Source: Neodothiora populina (Eukaryota). From it: a DNA stretch of 64,000 bases. A model generated the notes under the pieces. That model worked only from the letters and a program-made list of their open reading frames with translations, had not been told where the DNA came from and ran no database searches. The translations under genes were made by a program, and so were the position numbers. The stretch is from NCBI RefSeq assembly GCF_041146345.1, contig NW_027191413.1, positions 806,001 through 870,000 on the forward strand, given 5' to 3'. Shown here piece by piece: positions 57,616 to 64,000 of the stretch (position 1 is its first letter; every line of letters begins with the position of its first letter).

Positions 57616-59658
57616 TGTTTCGCCTTGATCTAATGTCTATGGGATGGAGAGGGAGGGACTGGTTGAATTGTTGAATGCGATCGTGTGCGGCAGTAGTGTC
57701 AATGTCGATAGAGAGGTAAGTCGAGTCGCAAGACCGCAAACTGGTGTCTAATAAGAAAGAATGACGATGCGCCGTCAATAATAAGAGATAAGTGATGCTC
57801 CCAAGACAGACAGACAACTCGGCACCGGTTCTTTGCCAAAAAGACGTTCCGATCGATTAGCGGTTCCTCGTTGCGTCTTCCTTGGTAACTTTTTCTTTTT
57901 CCTCTTTGTTTTTAGATTTGCCGCTATTTTCTTGGTCTTGAACCCGTTTTTCAGGTGAAAGAGAGCTTTGACTTGTTCGGCAACACAAGTCGCATGAAGA
58001 AAAATGATTGAATAGAAGACGAGAACGAACGGTTCAAGATACTGTACTGTACTTCGCTTACATTATTGCGACCTGAACGTCTGGGTGGTTCTGTCCCATG
58101 CCTAGACGTTGTTACGTTTCGCCATGCTACTATAGCCTTGTATTTACGTAATGTTTTCTCGCGACTATAGGTGAGCTTCCTGGGTAAATAGGCTTCGGGC
58201 TGTCTCTCTGCGTGTTTGATCTTCACGGCCAGACTTGTGGTCTCACCTGATTGTCCTTTGTACGTTACTAATGGGAGAGGAACTCCATGGGGTAAGTGGA
58301 AATGTGTTTGTCAACAAAATGCTTGTCTTATCAGTTCGTCCCACTCGGAGAGTGACGTCGTTAGATAGGTGTTTTAGATTTTCGAGAGGTACATGCTTCC
58401 ACGGATGTCTTGACTGATGGTTACTTGTCAATACTTTTGCTGATCGTTGAGATGCCGCCTTCGCGCTCGTGGATGTCGTCGGTTTTGTCTTGGCTCTAGC
58501 TTGGCTGTCGCTGGGCGAGTCCACGTGATGCTATAGTCTACGGGCTAAAGCAGGGCGGGCCAAAGATGGGGTATATCTCAAAACCTTTGAAAGAAGCAGA
58601 AGACATTATGCACCACAAGTCCAGCCTGTCAGATTGTGCGTATAAGCGCTGGTTCTCAGCCATAGTCTACAAACTTGCAGCACGCTCACTATCTCACCGC
58701 ATGACCTCTCTGGTCCTACAACTTCTCATTGGCTCGATGAGATATGCAACCACTGAACGCGACATTGTCTAGCTTCAAGTCACATTGCGGGTCGGTGATG
58801 GATCTGGTCCAGCGCCTCCCATCGTGGATGCGATTCGTCCCTCTCTGTCTGTTGGTCTTCGTCGGCAAGTCAGGGCACTAGTTGACTTGTATGTAAGCGG
58901 TGTTCAGAGACTATGTGACAATTTCTCCACTAGGTAGGTGGTTCATTACGGCTATGCGCCAATCGTCCCTATCGAACAGGGCTGATTTCCAAGTCTGCTG
59001 GTAACTGCTGTAAGTGCTACCTCTATTCTGCATGGTTTCCTCGTTCACATCGCTCCTATCGCCTCATCACCAAGTCTACTCTAAACTCTACTTGTCACTA
59101 TTGGACTGGACCCCGGCATCATGCAAGGTGTTTCCCCTTCCGTGGTCAGGATTGGCGGATCTGTATCTTGGTCTGCCGAAGCATACTATACGGATACCTG
59201 TCCGATGTGATTGTATGGCGGCTGCGCAGCTTGTTGGACCCTTGCATGAGTGGCCGCGGTCGATCTCCGCATCAGTGTCCAGCATCCGACTTGTGCTTAA
59301 ATCATGGGCTGTCCACGAGGACTTTGCATCCTACCCATACCCATGTCGTGCACAGCCTCTGGTTCGAAGACCCAGCTCATCTCACGAGAACCAGCTTTCG
59401 TATCTATGGGTTGTGCCATTGATCTGACCCCCCTGCGCATGGACTCATGAATCTTTCTGGAGTTTGATTCGATGTGACCTTAGGCGTGACGTACGAAACA
59501 CACCCAGGATCTATATAAGCATCATTCGTGTTGCATGTCAGCTTTGACGTCAGATTTGGAAATCGAAGACATTAGGAGAGCAGGAGGGAGCACGCACATG
59601 ATCGTAGTGGGCACTTCCCTATCTTTGCTGAGTCGATCTATTCTGAACAAGATACAAC

Positions 59659-62510
59659 ATGCCGTCCCTGGTAGACTTGTTAGCGAGAAGGGCGGGAATG
59701 AACATCAACGCAGATTCTGGTGTGGTTCAGAACATGGAAGGAGAAGAAGAAGCGCAGGATAGTCCGACTGGTTCCGCTATGTCTGTAGTGAAGAGGATCA
59801 GCATACCGTATAACAGCAGCAGCCCACCAGGACTTGTCGAAGCAGATACTCGCGATCCATGGAACAAATCTGCCAAGTATGCGCTGGGATGGGTATATTT
59901 CTGCATCATTCTTCTGGTGCTCGCGGCGGCAATCCGTGTCTACCATATCTGGACAGACAAAATTCGATTAGTACTCCACAAAGAACAAATGAGCAAAGCA
60001 AAGGAGACCGAGTCGCCGGCCACGGACTACGAGATGTCAGCTCTCGGTACAGACAAGTCTACATTCGAGCTCTTCCCGCGAGTGCAACCCCCACCGGAGC
60101 CACCTAAAGTTGAATCATCAGTTTCTTCGTCCTGGATTCCAAAGTGCGCGATCGCAGCGATGCGATTCATCTTCTATCGTCCTATTCCAGCGCTGCGATG
60201 GCACAAGAGGATTCGGCCAATCGTGTTTCCTTCTCTCGGCGCTCTCATTATTGTCACGGCTGCATTCATCTTTGTCATCCTCTACTGCTTCATCCCGCAA
60301 CCCTACTATTGGCAGAGTATCCGCTTTGGTTCGCCTCCGCTTGCTATCAGGGCCGGCATGATAGCTGTTGCGATGATGCCATGGATTGTGGGCCTCAGCA
60401 TGAAGGCCAATGTCATTACTATGATCACTGGCATTCATCATGAACGATTGAATGTGTTGCATCGATGGCTGGCTTACATCTGTCTCGTGCTGAGTCTCAT
60501 ACACACTGTACCCTTCTACATCACTCCAGTATGGGACGATGGGGGTCTCTCGGTGTTTAGGACCATCTTTCCCAAAAATGGACAGTATATTTATGGCACA
60601 GGTAGTTTTTCCTGCCCCTCTACCAACATCGACAAGACCGAGACTGATCATGTTCTTCAGGTATTGCTTGTCTTGTGCCTCTGATCTTCCTTTGTCTACA
60701 CTCTCTGCCGCCGCTCCGACGAGGGATGTACGAGCTGTTCGTATCTTTACATGTCCCCGTTTCCATCATCTTCCTCGGAATGTTGTTCTGGCATTGTAAG
60801 AACTTTCTCACGTCCTGGAGCTATCTTTGGGCTACCACCGCAATCTGGATCGTCTCCTACGCAATCCGGATCTTCTATCTGAACTGGACAAATCCATGGC
60901 GAATGTCGTGGCTGATCGGCGAAGAGGCAGCAGTAACGCTGATGCCAGAGAATGCACTCAAGATCACCATCCCCACGCAAATGAGGTGGAAGTGCGGGCA
61001 ATACGTCTATCTGCGCATGCCAGGGATTTCTGTCTTCGAGAACCACCCTTTCACGATAGCATCACTTTGCAGCGATGACTTTCCATCCGCGTACGGAGAA
61101 GGATTTCGCGACATGGTCCTGGTCTTTAGACCTTTCGGCGGGTTCACGAAAAAGGTGCTCAACAGCGCGTTGGATCACGGACCATGGCACACCTACCAAG
61201 CTTTCTTGGACGGTCCATATGGAGGCATGACGAGGAGTATGGATGCTTTCGACCATGTTGTGCTCTTCGCAGGCGGAAGCGGCATCACCGCCGTGGTCTC
61301 TCACCTCTTGAACCTCATCAAACGTATGCGCGACGGCAAAGCCCTCACCAAGACTGTTCATGTGATCTGGGCACTCAAGCGACCAGAGACCATGGAGTGG
61401 TTCAAGGAAGAACTACGGATATGTCGCGAGTACGCGCCCCCAGACACCGTCCGCTGCCAATTCTTTATAACCGCCGCGAAACGGCAACCCAGCACTGGCA
61501 ATCTAGTCAGCGCGCAGACACCCAGTCGACCCGTGAGCATGATATTCCACGACAAAGTCAACGAAGCATTCCAGAACATCGCCAACAATCGGTACTCGAT
61601 GAACTCGATGGCGCGGAGTTCGACGTATATCGTCGAAGAAGCAGGTGGCGATGCAGAACGAGAGAAGGAGCTTCGCCAGGAGAACGAAGACAGGATACGG
61701 CCTTTGCCACAAGCTCACCTCGTGCCACTTGCCGCTGCTGCTGCTGCTGGCGATGTTCAACACCAACAACAACGACATCACGCGCATCCGACCCCGATAA
61801 TACATCATCCTCACCTACCACCAGCACACTCTCCTCACCCAACACTAACCGTGCCTCCTCGACTCACCTTACACGAGAAGCGGCGCTCTCAAGCACTATC
61901 ACTAGACCTCAACGCCACTCCGACCGGCAGTCCGCAAGCATCCCCACACGACAACAACACCAACAGCACCACCAACAACCAAGTCCTGCGCGACCTCCGC
62001 CGCGCAGCCGAAGCAGAAGAACAACAACACCAGACCCAAGAAACCCAGAACAGACAAAGCACCACCACCACCACCACCACCACCACCGGCGGCTTCGACT
62101 TCGGCTTCCCCTCCACACCAACCGAGTTCCAGAAGAACCTCATGCGCTTCGCCTTCCTCCCCGCCACGGTCAAGTCGTCTTCTCGCGCCGGCGGCTGGAG
62201 CACAGAGTACGGAAGACCCGACATACCGTACATGCTGCGCTGCATGAACCGGGACGAGTGGGGCAGTAGTAGTCGCAATCCGCCTCACGCCAACAACACC
62301 AGCAGCGGCAGCAGCAGCAGCAGCGACGACAAGACGTCGTCGTCGTCGCCGAAACCCAAGCAGAGCAAAAGAGTGTGCGTCTTCGTGTGCGGACCAAGCG
62401 GCATGCGAGTCGATGTGAGTAATGGCGTCGCGGCGCTGCAGAGACAGGTGTGGGACGGGGACGGCGGGATCGATGAGGTTTTCTTGCATGCTGAGAATTA
62501 CGCTATATGA
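59659..62510 (+). CDS. Ferric/cupric reductase transmembrane component (FRE family, Fre8-like), 2 exons
   Basis: Heme-binding His in LNVLHRW..LIHT and LH..FWH, FAD motif HPFTIAS, DGPYGG, NADPH motif FAGGSGIT, VCGP and terminal E-x-Y. Intron 60602-60660. Confidence 0.93.
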
Positions 62511-63300
62511 TGATTTGACAATGATATGTTTTCTTCTCATTCTCTACCTTCCTTGTTCGTCTTGTTTCGGCTTCTTTTTTCTTTCTCCTTTCGCATCTTT
62601 CGTTGCTGATTCAGTCGAGACTGATGTATCGGTGTATATCTTTCGTTCCGGATTTTCTTCTTCAGATGCAGGACCTGTGTCAAATAGTGCTATAGAGACC
62701 ATGGGATCGTCGGCATTTCTTCAAGGGTCGAAAAAATGGCACTCAAGCATCAAAGTACCATATCTGTTGCAATTTCTAAAGTCTGTTCTTACTTCTAATT
62801 CACACGACTCTAGCGATGCATTTGCTCGCTATCTTCGCCGTCAGATTGACTCGTCCCATATCGTCCGAGTGAACAAATTACTTCGCATTGATCCATCTCA
62901 ACGGCTTTCGTGTTCACAAAGGCTCCTTTTCCTTCATAACTGCGTGGTAAAAATCTCATGTCTTCCGGTCGTGACTAATTTTCAATCTGTCCTTCTACCC
63001 CTTGCCAATCCAAGCGGCAGGCGTAGCTGTATAGTAGCCACTCACCATATCCTAGCATACCAACACCGATCATACCCAATCTTGACCGAACCCATTTCCC
63101 AAATGTCTCTAGAGTTGCAAGTCTGTGCATCAGCTTCTCACAGCTCAGAAAGTACGAGTAGTAATAAAACATAATAAACTGAAAATAAGGAGAAATCCCT
63201 CGTAAAGCTGCTGGGGAGGACGTCCCGCTCAGGTCAAGTACGCAAATTACGGCGATAGTTGCATGCGCACAGGGAGCGAGCCCATGACGTCGTCAGGATC

Positions 63301-64000
63301 CTACTCCGACGGTCTGATGACAACATCGCGACACAGCACCACTACGCGCTTGAACAGACGTCTCCATTCGAGAGGATCACCCTTTGCCTTTGTGAATCGC
63401 ACTTCCACGAGCCCCTCGTCACTGATCTTGTCAACAAACGCATTGCCGCTGAGGCCCTGCTTGCGACCATCGAGGAGCTGGATGCGGATGGTGGCGCTTC
63501 TGCTTTTGTCTTCGCCGGGCGCGGCAGGCGAGATGGGTATGTTGAGGGTGTGCAGAGCGCTGCGCAGCACGCCTGTGACTTGAGCCATTGGCTGTGCGGA
63601 GTAGAATCTTGCCAGAGAGTTTTGTGGTAAAATGTCTTTGAAGTCCCGAGCTTGCTGCGTGAGGCTGATGGGCACGGCGTGTGATTGACTGAATTGCGTC
63701 ATGTGCGGTTCTTGTGACAGAAGCGAGCAGACCTGGTCGTGAGTGATGACGGCTCGGTTGCGGTCGCCAGCTGTTGTGGGCTGTGAAGCGTTGAAGTTGG
63801 TCATTCCTGCGAGACGAGGTGGCGCCTCCCAGACGAAAGGCTGGTTGAGGATGGGTGTCTCGGGTTGAGTCGAGGCAAAAGCTGCTGTCCAGGCCGGAGG
63901 GGGCTGCTGAGGTTGCGAGTGGACGTCTGGCTTATTCGCCTGCTGAGAGTCGACATTTGGTGCGTCGAAATCAATATGGAGACGCTCGATCATGTTCGTC
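63301..64000 (-). CDS. CHK1: Checkpoint kinase Chk1, C-terminal part (gene continues beyond the window)
   Basis: SQ/TQ cluster (STQPETP, SQEP, TQFSQ), LARFYS, DGRKQGLSG and KAKGDPLEWRRLFK, the Chk1 C-terminal KA1 motif. Confidence 0.9.
   Translation of the reverse strand, partial: TNMIERLHIDFDAPNVDSQQANKPDVHSQPQQPPPAWTAAFASTQPETPILNQPFVWEAPPRLAGMTNFNASQPTTAGDRNRAVITHDQVCSLLSQEPHMTQFSQSHAVPISLTQQARDFKDILPQNSLARFYSAQPMAQVTGVLRSALHTLNIPISPAAPGEDKSRSATIRIQLLDGRKQGLSGNAFVDKISDEGLVEVRFTKAKGDPLEWRRLFKRVVVLCRDVVIRPSE

Noticed and set aside
61184..62269. 361-aa alternative-frame ORF with a poly-His run inside the ferric reductase
   Set aside because: The poly-His is the (ACC)n repeat read in another frame; low complexity and no independent evidence.
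175..62510. Stop-codon readthrough giving cryptic peroxisomal signals
   Set aside because: None of the stop codons I checked has the TGA-CTA readthrough context.

Overview
Gene-dense, intron-containing eukaryotic DNA from a filamentous ascomycete (Pezizomycotina-type GT..CTRAY..YAG introns, mostly 50-100 nt). I can support 26 protein-coding loci, mostly housekeeping: cdc4 myosin light chain, IRE1, a MutL paralog, GH43 arabinanase, Cys2/MetX-type acyltransferase, TFIIE-alpha, Rab4-like GTPase, APC10, SWC5, synaptojanin-like 5-phosphatase, mitochondrial L34, Pol I A14, STE24, a WW+PhoD protein, a Par32-like protein, a ferric reductase, the 3' end of CHK1, two MFS transporters and several unknowns. 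There is also one intron-containing tRNA-Leu(UAA) and a few microsatellites. Two genes (mitochondrial L34 and a 102-aa Gly-rich repeat protein) are absent or fragmentary in the ORF track and were rebuilt by hand. Three genes carry apparent single-base deletions (at ~3213, ~31470 and ~53347), which suggests assembly indels or recent pseudogenization. I saw no transposon, CRISPR array, rRNA or biosynthetic cluster, and cannot claim a clear-cut new system. The most unusual non-coding signal is a five-copy motif array with variable spacers (GGTATCTATACTA...AAGC, ~45-nt period) between the convergent IRE1 and MutL genes, next to an orphan intron-like element. All gene identities come from motif recognition, not database searches.
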